Part shown: piece by piece, positions 11,701-21,133 of the stretch | Numbering within the stretch: the stretch's first letter is position 1 | How the letters are laid out: each line of letters begins with the position of its first letter | NCBI GenBank assembly: GCA_963771275.1 | Contig: CAVYSW010000003.1 | Location: 800,001-864,000 of the forward strand | Direction: 5' to 3' | Origin: an uncultured Gemmatimonadales bacterium | Lineage (GTDB): Bacteria > Gemmatimonadota > Gemmatimonadetes > Gemmatimonadales > GWC2-71-9 | Length of the DNA stretch: 64,000 nucleotides | The notes under the pieces: model-generated | What the model was told of the DNA's origin: nothing | Databases searched by the model: none | What the model saw: the letters and a program-made list of their open reading frames with translations, nothing else | Made by a program: the position numbers and the translations under genes

Positions 11701-12072
11701 CCCAAGGTGATGATGATCAACTGGCGCTCGGCGTCGGACGCCGAGGTGACCCCCAAGGGATTCCACGACCTCGGCCTCGGCCGGATCGTCGGCAACCCCA
11801 CCGCGGCCATGGTAATCGCGACGGGGAGCTACCAGCTGATCAACGGCGGCAGCATCCGCACCCCGGGATCGCTCGTCGTGGCGTATGACCCCACCAAGCC
11901 GAACAACTTTGGCGTGAACCTGGAGAACTACGGGGTGGCGCCGGACGTGTGGGTCGAGAACAACTCGATGGACGAGATGAAGGGCGTCGACCGCGAGCTG
12001 CAGGCCGCGATCGACGAGGCGATGCGCATGCTCAAGGAGCAGGGCTCGCGCGCGACCGGCCAGAATCGCTGA
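8743..12072 (+). CDS. Tricorn-like S41 protease (PD40 propellers, PDZ)
   Basis: SPDG repeats, IDIRFNGGG, SASDAE, GVAPD; RBS AAGGAG. Confidence 0.92.
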   Translation: MLARRRRSNFATLAVALLLSLTATPGVAQAPKPIKFARYAHVANDGRIAFSYQDDIWVADSTGANAHRLTANIGRDYAPRFSPDGRWIAFTSNRTGNDDVFVIPAAGGEPRQLTWYSGPDQALYWNPDGKAIVITTNRSPEPWGSPLYLLPLDGGPPVAIAMANARAGMLRQDGQMVAFNRTLPSTWRKEYRGNNSGDISVLDLKTGVAAEITDTSLQAFRTHVNDVYPMWGADGMIYFASERSGTFNLWRVAAAGGTPQQVTSHTTGGVFFPAISPDGRRIVYQNDFDLWSMDVPGGKARKLAITLAFDPKEYDVEVLQAGNRAEGFAVAPDGNHLAVDVHGEIVVVPTEDGVGEKTQVTASPWRDRNEIYAPDGKRIAYTSDESGDEEVWVFEIATGARRRLTQQASQKTDITWAPNSQKLAYVGDNRIYEVDATGGSPREVAYNAAGGYTLHQYSSDGNWLLYGRRDADQNADVYLYDLRARAEYDMTPNPFNEGNAALTPDGKTLVFTSNRDGATSQLFAVSLARLTEDPNDPLVRERQRPARPRGGAGRGAAAGAPDRADEQAGAAAALQVDTAEIDARAVQLTRGAPGTSSFFLSRDGRTVYFAVGGGFGGRGGFGRPGAAPAAEGQAGLFSVGIDGRDRRRVAEGTFAGMTPTADRQTIFFRAASRPAGGGEEQQGPGGMRGFEIQRLAVGGATARPEAVRFDFAVRVDRQAEWRQIFDEAWRVMKYRFYDADMHKHDWKAIRAKYEPLLADVGSNEDVYDLANAMIGEINASHTGVSGPATRTMPRVYTTRYLGFELEPANGRYRVSHVYRDGPADKEWIDLVVGDYVLAIDGQDVKAGDNYWRILSTTLNDYIPVKVAKTPDGANAKVLRIATVASLMDIKYQEWVAHNRDIVDKATNGQIAYVHIRAMNQPSLTQFQDEIDRYWNKQGIIIDIRFNGGGNIDQELLDILERRPYEYWNNRYGVPSWGRRPRQAIVGPKVMMINWRSASDAEVTPKGFHDLGLGRIVGNPTAAMVIATGSYQLINGGSIRTPGSLVVAYDPTKPNNFGVNLENYGVAPDVWVENNSMDEMKGVDRELQAAIDEAMRMLKEQGSRATGQNR

Positions 12073-12139
12073 ACGGGACGTGAGCGCCCAGGCCGATCCC
12101 CGGGATCGGCTTGGGCGCCGTGTCGGGGAGAACAAACGC

Positions 12140-15100
12140 ATGACAAGCCACGGAAGGGCGCGCGCGCTGGCGCTGCTCATCGGTCTTCTCGCTCCGGGGG
12201 CCGCACGCGCGCAGGCCGCGCCCCCCGCGCGACCGGACCTCACCCGCGATCCCACGCTCTATCTCGTGGGCTACGCCCACCTCGACACGCAGTGGCGCTG
12301 GGAGTATCCGCAGGTGATCTCGGAGTTCATCCCGAACACCATGCGCCAGAACTTCGCCCTGTTCGCGAAGTACCCGCACTACGTGTTCAACTTCAGCGGC
12401 GCCAACCGCTACCGGATGATGAAGGAGTACCACCCCGCGGACTACGCCAAGGTCAAGGCGTACGTCGCGGCCGGCCGCTGGTTCCCGTCCGGCTCGTCCA
12501 TGGAGGAGAACGACGTCAACGTGCCGTCGGCCGAGTCGCTGCTCCGGCAGCTGCTGTACGGCAGCGAGTTCTTCCGGCAGGAGTTCGGCACGACCAGCGC
12601 CGAGTACATGCTGCCGGACTGCTTCGGGTTCCCGGCGTCGCTCCCCAGCGTCCTGGCACACGCCGGGATCATCGGGTTCAGCACCCAGAAGCTCACGTGG
12701 CACTCGGCCGCCGGGATTCCGTTCAACGTCGGCGTGTGGGAGGGTCCCGACGGCCGCAGCGTGATCGCGGCCCTGAACCCCGGGAGCTACGGCAGCCGCG
12801 TGCAGGAGGACCTGAGCCGTAGCCCGGAATGGAGCGCGCGCGTCAAGGAGGATGGCGACCGAAACGGCCTGTTCGCCGACTACCACTACTACGGCGTGGG
12901 CGATCGGGGCGGCTCGCCGCAGGACAGCTCGGTGCTGTGGGCGGAGCGGAGCGTGACGGGAGACGGGCCGCTGCACGTCGTCTCCTCCACCGCCGAGCAG
13001 CTGTTCCTCGACATCACGCCGGCCGAGCGGGCACGCCTGCCGCGCTACAAGGGTGACCTGCTGCTGATCGAGCACTCGGCCGGCTCGATCTCGTCGCAGG
13101 CGTACCTCAAGCGATGGAACCACGCCAACGAGCTGCTCGCGGACGCCGCGGAGCGGGCGTCGGTCGCGGCCGGGTGGCTGGGTGGCCGGCCGTACCCGCT
13201 GGCGCGACTGAACGACGCGTGGACGCTGGTGATGGGCGGACAGTTCCACGACATCCTGCCCGGCACCTCCACGCCCAAGGCGTACGAGTACTCGTGGAAC
13301 GACGAAGTGCTGGCCCTGAACCAGTTCGCCGGCGTGCTCACGGACGCCGCGACCGTGGTGGCCGCCGGCCTCAACACCGAGTCCCGCGGCACCGCCATCG
13401 TCGTGTACAACCCGCTATCGGTCGCCCGCGAAGACGTGGTCGAGGCCACGGTGACGTTTCCGGGTGGCGCGCCGGCGGCCGTCCGCGTCACGGGACCGGA
13501 CGGCGGGGACGTCCCCGCGCAGGTGGCGGCACCGGGGGCGGGGGCGGACGGCGTGAAGGTCTTGTTTCTCGCCAAGGTCCCGTCCGTCGGGTTCGCCGTG
13601 TACGACGTGCAACCCGCGCCTCTCCCGGCGCCCGCGGCGGCATCGCCGCTCGCCGTCACCGACTCCACACTCGAGAACGCGCGCTATCGCGTGCGGCTCG
13701 ACGGCACCGGCGATCTGGCGAGCGTGTTCGACAAGCGGCTCGGGCGCGAGCTGCTCGCCGCGCCGGCCCGGCTCGCCCTGCAGCACGAGAAGCCCACGCA
13801 GTGGCCGGCCTGGAACATGGACTGGGCGGATCAGCGACAGCCGCCGCGCGGCTACGTCGCGGGGGCGGCGCGCGTCCGGATCGTCGAACGGGGACCTGCC
13901 CGCGTCGCCCTCGAGATCACGCGCGAGACGGAGGGCTCACGCTTCGTCCAGACGGTCCGGCTCGCCGCCGGCGACGCCGGCAACCGGATCGAGATCGCCA
14001 ACGCGATCGACTGGAAGATCGCCGAGACCGCGCTCAAGGCGACCTTCCCGCTCACCGCCGCGAACCCCCTGGCCACCTACAACTGGGAGATCGGCACGAT
14101 CGAGCGGGGGAACAACGACTCGACCAAGTACGAAGTGCCGTCGCACCAGTGGATCGACCTCACCGACCGGAGCGGGGCGTACGGCGTCACCCTGCTCACG
14201 GGCCACAAGTACGGCTCCGACAAGCCCGACGACCGCACGCTGCGGCTGACCCTGATCTACACGCCGGGCATCAGCGGCTCCTATGAGGATCAGGGGACGC
14301 AGGACTGGGGCCACCACGAGCTGGTCTACGGTCTCGCGAGTCACGCCGGCGACTGGCGGCAGGAGCACACCAACTGGGAGGCCCTGCGCCTCGACCAGCC
14401 GCTGATCGCGTTCCAGAGCCCGGGGCACCGCGGCGCCCTCGGCCGGAGCTTCTCGCTGCTCGGCGTGAGCACCGACCAGGTGCGGGTGCTCGCGCTGAAG
14501 CGGGCCGAACGGAGCGACGAGCTGATCGTGCGGCTGGTCGAGCAGGAGGGCCGGCCGGCCGCCGACGTCCGCATTGCGTTCGCGGCACCGGTCACGGCCG
14601 CGCGCGCGGTGGACGGCCGGGAGATGCCCGTGGGCGGCGCCACCATTGTGGACGACACGCTGGTCGCGTCGTTCACCCGGTATCAGCCGCGCAGCTTCGC
14701 GGTCCGGCTGGGGTTCCCGGTGACCGGCGTGGCGGCGCCGAAATCGCAGGCGGTCACCCTGCCCTACGATCGCAGGGTCACCAGCGCCGACGGCGCGCGA
14801 TCGGATGGCGGCTTCGGAGCCGACGGCCAGGCACTCCCCGCCGAGATGCTGCCACGCGAGATCGCGTACGCCGGCATCACGTTCGCGCTCGCGGATTCCG
14901 GGGCGGCCAATGCGGTGGTCGCGCGCGGGCAGACGGTGGCCCTACCCAAGGGCAAGTTCACCCGGCTCTACGTACTGGCCGCGTCCGCGGACGGGGACCG
15001 GCAGGTCACGTTCCGGGTGGGAGACACGGCGGCGACGCTCACCGTGCAGGACTGGGGCGGGTACATTGGGCAGTGGGACAACCGGCTCTGGAAGCAGGTG

Positions 15101-15466
15101 GAGGTGCCGCCGCCGCCCGAGCCGGCGGCGGGCGACAGCAGCCAGGCGGCCCAACGCGCCCGCCGGATTCTGGCACGCATCCGTGAGCGCGGCCCGATCA
15201 CGCGCGCCGAGTACGCGGGGCTGGTCCCGGGCTACATCAAGCGGGCGCCCGTCGCGTGGTTCGCCTCACATCGACACACGGCCGACGGCGCGAACGAGCC
15301 CTACGCGTACGCGTACCTGTTCGCATACGCCATCGACCTGCCGGCGGGCGCGCAGGCGCTGACGCTGCCCAACGACGATCGGGTCCGGGTTTTGGCGGTC
15401 ACGGTGTCGAACGAGCAGGAGACTGTCCGCGCTGCCGCGCCGTTGTACGACACGCTGAGCCGGTAG
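12140..15466 (+). CDS. Alpha-mannosidase, GH38
   Basis: AHLDTQWRW, LPDCFG nucleophile motif, QFHDILPG. Confidence 0.92.
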   Translation: MTSHGRARALALLIGLLAPGAARAQAAPPARPDLTRDPTLYLVGYAHLDTQWRWEYPQVISEFIPNTMRQNFALFAKYPHYVFNFSGANRYRMMKEYHPADYAKVKAYVAAGRWFPSGSSMEENDVNVPSAESLLRQLLYGSEFFRQEFGTTSAEYMLPDCFGFPASLPSVLAHAGIIGFSTQKLTWHSAAGIPFNVGVWEGPDGRSVIAALNPGSYGSRVQEDLSRSPEWSARVKEDGDRNGLFADYHYYGVGDRGGSPQDSSVLWAERSVTGDGPLHVVSSTAEQLFLDITPAERARLPRYKGDLLLIEHSAGSISSQAYLKRWNHANELLADAAERASVAAGWLGGRPYPLARLNDAWTLVMGGQFHDILPGTSTPKAYEYSWNDEVLALNQFAGVLTDAATVVAAGLNTESRGTAIVVYNPLSVAREDVVEATVTFPGGAPAAVRVTGPDGGDVPAQVAAPGAGADGVKVLFLAKVPSVGFAVYDVQPAPLPAPAAASPLAVTDSTLENARYRVRLDGTGDLASVFDKRLGRELLAAPARLALQHEKPTQWPAWNMDWADQRQPPRGYVAGAARVRIVERGPARVALEITRETEGSRFVQTVRLAAGDAGNRIEIANAIDWKIAETALKATFPLTAANPLATYNWEIGTIERGNNDSTKYEVPSHQWIDLTDRSGAYGVTLLTGHKYGSDKPDDRTLRLTLIYTPGISGSYEDQGTQDWGHHELVYGLASHAGDWRQEHTNWEALRLDQPLIAFQSPGHRGALGRSFSLLGVSTDQVRVLALKRAERSDELIVRLVEQEGRPAADVRIAFAAPVTAARAVDGREMPVGGATIVDDTLVASFTRYQPRSFAVRLGFPVTGVAAPKSQAVTLPYDRRVTSADGARSDGGFGADGQALPAEMLPREIAYAGITFALADSGAANAVVARGQTVALPKGKFTRLYVLAASADGDRQVTFRVGDTAATLTVQDWGGYIGQWDNRLWKQVEVPPPPEPAAGDSSQAAQRARRILARIRERGPITRAEYAGLVPGYIKRAPVAWFASHRHTADGANEPYAYAYLFAYAIDLPAGAQALTLPNDDRVRVLAVTVSNEQETVRAAAPLYDTLSR

Positions 15467-15467
15467 C

Positions 15468-15546
15468 GGTTGGCGGTTGTGGTGGTTGCCGGTTGGCGGT
15501 TTGCCGTTGGCTGCTCTGCGTTGGACATTGGAGATTGGACATTCGG
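15468..15546. repeat. Degenerate 7-bp tandem repeats
   Basis: GGTTGGC/GGTTTGC/CGTTGGC then CGTTGGA/CATTGGA/GATTGGA. Confidence 0.55.
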
Positions 15547-15661
15547 GTGGTCACCTTCAACGGCGTGCAGAAGGTGTGGAAGCTGCGCATCGAGGAGGCG
15601 CGAATCCGCGCGGGCACGCTCGGGGCAGGCGGGACCGCCAGCTGATCGCCGCGGAGGACCG

Positions 15662-16165
15662 ATGGACCTGGTGTTCCTGATCGTGCGTGTGGCGCACATC
15701 GTGCTCGCGCTGCTCTGGACCGGAGCACAGGTCTTCGTAGCGTTTCTCGATCCCCGCGTCCGCGCGGCGGGTCCGAGCGGCGGCCGGGTGATGCTGGCGC
15801 TGCAGCAGCGGCGCTATCGCCCGACGATGCTCCCCGTTGGCGCCGTCACCGTTCTCACCGGTCTGGCGCTGTACGGCTGGATGGCGGCTTCGTCCGCCCC
15901 CAGGTGGGCCGGCTCCCACCATGCCATCGTCCTCGCGATCGGCGGGCTCGCGGGGATCGCGGCCCTGGCGTTGGGCTGGTTCGTTTCGCGCCCCGGGTTC
16001 CAGCGGCTGAGCGCGCTGACGACGACCCTCGCCGGTGGAGCGGCGACCCCGGAGCAGCAGGCGGAGCTCGAGGGGTTGCGCGAGCGCCTGCGCCGCACGG
16101 CCCGCTGGATCGCCGCGCTGCTGCTCGCCGCCCTGCTCACCATGTCGCTGGCACCCTTCGCGTAG
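15662..16165 (+). CDS. Four-TM membrane protein
   Basis: RBS GGAGG; RVAH...LW motif, four hydrophobic helices. Confidence 0.8.
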   Translation: MDLVFLIVRVAHIVLALLWTGAQVFVAFLDPRVRAAGPSGGRVMLALQQRRYRPTMLPVGAVTVLTGLALYGWMAASSAPRWAGSHHAIVLAIGGLAGIAALALGWFVSRPGFQRLSALTTTLAGGAATPEQQAELEGLRERLRRTARWIAALLLAALLTMSLAPFA

Positions 16166-16259
16166 GCGCCGCCATCCGCAGGCTGTTTTCAGGCGGGTTT
16201 CACATCCGCTTCAGGCCCTCCGCACTACCTATTGACCGCTGATTCCTGTGGAGGGATCG

Positions 16260-16811
16260 ATGCGCAACATCCTGCTGATCGCCGGAGCCGTGACACTCAC
16301 GGGCTCCGCGGTCGTGATGCATCCTGGTCGCGATGACCAGTTGGCGAACGCGGTGAAGGAAATGGAGCGGATCAACACGCTGCGCGAGGGCCTGGCGGAG
16401 AAGTTCCTGACGGTGCAGACCCCGGACAAGGCCATGTTCCAGGAGGTGTGCGGCGCGGTGGCGGCTGAGGTTCAGCGCCTGGGCGAGGCGAATGGCTGGA
16501 CCGTGGAGCAATTGGCCGAGAAGTACCGCAACCCCGTGCATCGCGCCGACCGCGAGGCCGAGCGGTTCATGCGCGTGCTGGCGGCCGACACGACGGTCGA
16601 GGGCCTGTGGATTCGCACCGTGATGGACGGAAAGCCCGGCCTGCGGTATTTCCGGCGGATCGAGGTGCGCCCGGCGTGCATGCCGTGCCACGGCACGATG
16701 GAGAGTCGGCCGGAGTTCATCAAGTCGGGGTATCCGCGGGACCGGGCCTACAACTTCAAGGTGGGGGACCTGCGGGGCGTGTACTCGGTGTTCATTCCGG
16801 ACACGCCGTGA
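16260..16811 (+). CDS. DUF3365/Tll0287-like heme c protein
   Basis: KYRNP, CMPCH (CxxCH), GDLRGVYSV. Confidence 0.85.
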   Translation: MRNILLIAGAVTLTGSAVVMHPGRDDQLANAVKEMERINTLREGLAEKFLTVQTPDKAMFQEVCGAVAAEVQRLGEANGWTVEQLAEKYRNPVHRADREAERFMRVLAADTTVEGLWIRTVMDGKPGLRYFRRIEVRPACMPCHGTMESRPEFIKSGYPRDRAYNFKVGDLRGVYSVFIPDTP

Positions 16812-16991
16812 CGCAGCTGTAGCGGCCCGGCGCGACGGCACGTCGCGCCGGGTCGGTGCTCACGATTGGTTTCGGCGAGGGCCGCGCTCCTGCGTGGCCC
16901 TTTGCCGTCGCCGGACCTCGCGTCCGGCATCCGCTCGCCGATTGACGGGAACATCACCCGGCACGAAACTCCCCGCCGGAGGAGGTCCTCG

Positions 16992-17966
16992 ATGCGCTCA
17001 TCGTTTCTCGCCGCCGCTTTGTGCGCCGGACTCGCCCTGCCCGCGGCGTCGCAGGCGCAGCGTTACACCGGCCCCGACGGCCGCCTGCGCGTGGCACTGG
17101 CCAAGCAGCCGTTCTCGCCCACCGGCCGCTCCGTGGGCCCCACCACCATGGAGAGCGGCGGCATTCAGGACACGCTCGCACGCTTGGGCGCGGTGGTGCG
17201 CGTCGAGGAAGCGGCGCTCACGGCGGTGGAAGACACCGAGTACGGGGCGTGGAAGCGGCTCGGACTCGCGCTGGGCCATTTCGCCGACCTCGTGGCGCAG
17301 AACGAGCGCGACGGCTTCTTCACCGTCGGCCTGCTGGCGACGTGCCCGTCGATGCCGGGCCTGGTGGGCGGCTTGCAGCACTCGGGGCCGACCGGCGCGC
17401 CGCTCGTCGTTGGCATGCTCTGGCTCGACGCCCACCCCGACTTCAACACGCCGGAAACCACCCGCAGTGGCTCGCTGGGCGGGATGCCCGTGGCGGTGGC
17501 AACGGGGCGCGCGCTCCAGATCATGCGGCGCGACGCCCACCTCGATCCGCCCCTCGCCGACGACAACGTGGTGATGGGTGGCGTGCGCCTCACCGACCCC
17601 CTGGAACAGGAGCTGTTGGACCGGTCGGGGATCGTGCAGCTCACGGTGGACGACTTGCGCCACGCCACCCCAGCCGTATTCGCCCAACTCGACCGGCTGA
17701 GCCGGCTCACCGACAAGATCTACGTGCATGTCGACATGGACGTGCTCGACCCGCGCGAGGTCGCAGGACACGGCAACAAGGTGGCGGGCGGCCCATCGAG
17801 CCAGGAGCTGGCGGCGCTGTTCGAGCAGATCTTCAGCCGCTATCCCAAGGCATCCGCAATCGGCTTCGCGACGATCCCGGCCAACGATCCCGGTGGGCGC
17901 TCGGTCGTTGCGTTGAACCGCATGATCGCGGGCGCCGTGCGTGGGGTGCTCAACCGGGGCCGATGA
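16992..17966 (+). CDS. Secreted arginase/ureohydrolase-family protein
   Basis: DAHPD, SGSLGGMP, HVDMDVLDP; signal peptide; RBS GGAGG. Confidence 0.85.
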   Translation: MRSSFLAAALCAGLALPAASQAQRYTGPDGRLRVALAKQPFSPTGRSVGPTTMESGGIQDTLARLGAVVRVEEAALTAVEDTEYGAWKRLGLALGHFADLVAQNERDGFFTVGLLATCPSMPGLVGGLQHSGPTGAPLVVGMLWLDAHPDFNTPETTRSGSLGGMPVAVATGRALQIMRRDAHLDPPLADDNVVMGGVRLTDPLEQELLDRSGIVQLTVDDLRHATPAVFAQLDRLSRLTDKIYVHVDMDVLDPREVAGHGNKVAGGPSSQELAALFEQIFSRYPKASAIGFATIPANDPGGRSVVALNRMIAGAVRGVLNRGR

Positions 17967-18038
17967 CCAGCTCGAGCAAAGCGCGCATCTCGCTAAATTG
18001 ATAAGAGACAACGACTTAGCGCAAGTTGCAGTGCGCCA

Positions 18039-18068
18039 TTGATAATTGATGAACGATTCATTTATAAT
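18039..18068 (+). promoter_or_regulatory. Sigma70 promoter with embedded palindrome (likely TetR operator)
   Basis: TTGATA-N18-TATAAT with ATGAA-cga-TTCAT in the spacer; AT-rich patch. Confidence 0.65.
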
Positions 18069-18074
18069 TAGCTC

Positions 18075-18764
18075 ATGCCAAGAACCCGTGCCCCGGGCCG
18101 GCTCCAGGAGATCATCGGTGCCGCCACCGACACGTTCATCGCCAACGGCTACCGGCTTGCGCGCATCGAGGACGTCGCCCACCGCGCCGGCGTCGCGCCG
18201 GCGACGGTGCATCTGTATGCCCGGACGAAGGACGCGCTGTTCGATCTCGTGATGCGGGCGGCGCTGCACGATCCGACCGTGGCCGATGTCGCGCTGCCGC
18301 ACCTCGCGCCGCCCGCAGGAGACATGATCGAGCGTCTGTGGCAGCGCCTGCTTGCCGCGGCGCGGTTCCCGAGCCTCGATGACGCGCCCCCCGACCCGCC
18401 GGCCGACGGCGCCGTCGCCGAGTTCGAGCGCATCGTCCGGGAACTATACCGGTGGCTGCTGCGTCACCATCGGGCCGTCAAGCTCATCGAGCGGTGCGCG
18501 CGCGAGTGGCCCGAGCTGGCCGCGCTCTACTACAAGCAGTTCCGGCGCACCGGCCTCGACCGGCTGGCGACGTACCTCGACCGTCGCGGTCGCCAGGGCG
18601 CCCTGCGCGCTACGCCTGACCCCGCCGTCGCGGCGCGGGTCGTCGTGGAAACCGTCGCGTTCTTCGCCATGCACCGCTTCTCGGCCCCAGACAGCGCGAT
18701 GGATGACGCGCGCACCGAGGCGGTGGTGCTGGACATGCTCACCAACGCGCTGCGACCGCGCTGA
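18075..18764 (+). CDS. TetR-family regulator
   Basis: N-terminal HTH IEDVAHRAGVAPATVHLYARTKDALF. Confidence 0.9.
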   Translation: MPRTRAPGRLQEIIGAATDTFIANGYRLARIEDVAHRAGVAPATVHLYARTKDALFDLVMRAALHDPTVADVALPHLAPPAGDMIERLWQRLLAAARFPSLDDAPPDPPADGAVAEFERIVRELYRWLLRHHRAVKLIERCAREWPELAALYYKQFRRTGLDRLATYLDRRGRQGALRATPDPAVAARVVVETVAFFAMHRFSAPDSAMDDARTEAVVLDMLTNALRPR

Positions 18765-18787
18765 GTCGCACGACCGGGAGGATCACG

Positions 18788-20413
18788 ATGTTCCGACGTA
18801 TTGCCGCCGCGTCGATCGGCGTGGCACTGTGCTCCCTGAATGCGCCGGCGCAGGATCTGGCGGGCGCGTGGGTGGGGGGAACCAACGCCACGGGTCGGTG
18901 GCTGTTTGTCCAGGCGCACATGACCGGCGGTGACGGCGGGTCGCTGGAAGTCGCCGGCGCGCAGGCGGCGGGGTTGCCGATCGAACGGCTCGCGATGGCG
19001 GAGGGCCGCGTACGATTCCGGCTGCGCACGCCCCTCGGGGTCATGGCGTTCGACGGCGTGCTGCACGACGATGTCATCGACGGCGCGCTTTCGGGCGCGG
19101 CGCCGGGCGCCATGCTGCACTTGGTGCGCGTTCCCGCGACCCCGGCTGCGCAGGCCGACGCGGCGGTCGGCCTGTATGACATCGGTAGGAACCAGCAGCT
19201 GTTGCTCACGTATCGCGCCTTCGGGCTGCTCACCGGCATCGTGTTCGAACGGCGCGGGGAGCGCGAGTTCGTGCGCCGCGCGTTCTACCTGGTCCCCGGC
19301 AGGTCCGATCGATACGTCACGTCGGGCTCGATCGTCGAGACGGTGAGGCGGGACGAGACGCTGGCGCTCGAGCGGGGCTCCGGCGGCACGGTCACCGCAA
19401 TCCAATGGACCGGCTCCGCCGCCCCGACGAACCGGGTCAGCCGAACGAGTGGGCCACGGCAGATCGCGGTAGGCTTCAACGGACCGGCAGGCCACATTGC
19501 CGGCACGCTGTTCATCCCGGACGGCGCGGGACCGCATCCGGCCGTCGTGCTGATGAGCGGCAGCGGCCCGACGGGCCGTGACGCCAACGTGCTGCGCGCT
19601 CGCGAATTCCTGCGCCTCGGTCACGCCGTCCTCACCTGGGACAAGCGCGGCATCGGCGAAACGGACGGCAGCTACATGACCGCCGGCTTCGAGGACTTCG
19701 CCGCCGACGCGGTCAGCGCGCTCGCCTACCTCCGCACGCGCCCCGAGATCGACGCGTCGCGCGTCGGGATGACCGGGCACAGCCAGGGAGTGTGGATCGC
19801 CCCGCTCGCCGCGCTGCAGGCCGACGTGCCACCCGCCTGGCTCGTGCTCACGTCCGGCGGCCCGATCGCGCCGGCGGAGCAGGAGGCCTGGCGCGCCGCA
19901 GCGCAGGCGCGCGCCGCCGGGGCGAGCGACGCCGAGGCGCAGGCCGCCGAGGGGTTCATGCGTCGCAAGTGGCGCTACGCGTTCACCGGGACCGACTGGG
20001 ACGACTATCTCGCGGAAGCGTCGCGGGCTCGCAGTGCGCCTTGGGGCGAGCTCGTCGATCCCGTGTACGTCCAGGACTCGCTGGCGTGGTCATTCATGCG
20101 ATCGTTGAAGGACTTCGACCCCATGGCCGCGCCCGCGCGGCTCACGGTGCCGGTGCTCGTTTTGTTCGGGGAGCATGACGAAGAGGAGCCGGCCGACCGC
20201 AGCAAGGCTGCCTGGGAGGAGGCGTTCCGGCGGTCCGGGAACACCGATCACCAGATCATCACGATTCCCGGGGCGTCCCACGCGCTGTGGCTCGGCAGCG
20301 GCAGCCCGCGGCCGCTCGTCTCGACGCCGACCGAGATCATCGGGAAGTGGCTCGCGGAGCGCGCGCCGGCGTCGCCGGGAGGTCGGCAGCCGGGGCGCCG
20401 ACCGGGGCCGTAG
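18788..20413 (+). CDS. Secreted alpha/beta hydrolase
   Basis: DKRGIG, GHSQG nucleophile elbow, GASH. Confidence 0.85.
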   Translation: MFRRIAAASIGVALCSLNAPAQDLAGAWVGGTNATGRWLFVQAHMTGGDGGSLEVAGAQAAGLPIERLAMAEGRVRFRLRTPLGVMAFDGVLHDDVIDGALSGAAPGAMLHLVRVPATPAAQADAAVGLYDIGRNQQLLLTYRAFGLLTGIVFERRGEREFVRRAFYLVPGRSDRYVTSGSIVETVRRDETLALERGSGGTVTAIQWTGSAAPTNRVSRTSGPRQIAVGFNGPAGHIAGTLFIPDGAGPHPAVVLMSGSGPTGRDANVLRAREFLRLGHAVLTWDKRGIGETDGSYMTAGFEDFAADAVSALAYLRTRPEIDASRVGMTGHSQGVWIAPLAALQADVPPAWLVLTSGGPIAPAEQEAWRAAAQARAAGASDAEAQAAEGFMRRKWRYAFTGTDWDDYLAEASRARSAPWGELVDPVYVQDSLAWSFMRSLKDFDPMAAPARLTVPVLVLFGEHDEEEPADRSKAAWEEAFRRSGNTDHQIITIPGASHALWLGSGSPRPLVSTPTEIIGKWLAERAPASPGGRQPGRRPGP

Positions 20414-20527
20414 TCGGGTCCGCCCGGGCGCGGCCCAAGTCCCTGCCCCACGGCACGCCTCTCGTGAGGCGTACGGCAACGCGACGGCGTCCTCCGGCGG
20501 GAGGTTCGCCAGCCGCGTCTCTCGGCG

Positions 20528-20926
20528 TCAGATGCCGCCGGGCGGCGGCTGCCACAGCTCGAACCGATTCCCCTCAGGGTCCGTGGCCCAACCAAAGCGG
20601 CCGAATTCCGAATCCTCGATGCGTTCCTCGACCGCCACGCCGGCCGCGCGCAGCTGCGCCAGCATGGCGTCGAGGTCCCGCACCCGATAGTTGATCATCA
20701 GCGCGGACGGACCCGGCCCGAAGTACTTCGTGTCAGCCGGAAAAGTGGACCACACCACCTGTGCCGGCGCTCCCGTGCCGTCGAGGCCGCCCGCGGTGAA
20801 CAGCGCGTGCGGCTTGTCCCCGGTCGGGACACCGAGGTGGTCGCGGTACCACGCCGCGAGTGCCGCGGGATCCCGTGCCTTGAAGAACACGCCGCCGAGC
20901 CCGGTGACTTCCTGCCGATCCAGCAT
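20528..20926 (-). CDS. VOC/glyoxalase-family protein
   Basis: VTGLGGVFF...DPEGNRFELWQP; RBS AAGGAGG. Confidence 0.88.
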   Translation of the reverse strand: MLDRQEVTGLGGVFFKARDPAALAAWYRDHLGVPTGDKPHALFTAGGLDGTGAPAQVVWSTFPADTKYFGPGPSALMINYRVRDLDAMLAQLRAAGVAVEERIEDSEFGRFGWATDPEGNRFELWQPPPGGI

Positions 20927-20963
20927 GCGTGACCTCCTTCTGTGTCGAGATGGCTGCACGGCG

Positions 20964-21026
20964 TGTAGCGTGCAGCGTGCGGCGGGAAACGTGGGACATC
21001 CGACGTGCAGTGTCCAGCGTGGACCG
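20964..21026. repeat. Nine degenerate 7-bp tandem units
   Basis: TGTAGCG TGCAGCG TGCGGCG GGAAACG TGGGACA TCCGACG TGCAGTG TCCAGCG TGGACCG. Confidence 0.6.
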
Positions 21027-21133
21027 GCGGGCGCGCGGTGGGGCGTTCGCGCGGCGGCGGCGCCTCCGGTAGAATTGCGGGTGCGCCGTGCGGCCGTCGG
21101 ACCCCCACACCCTGTTCGGAACGGAGCCGAGAT

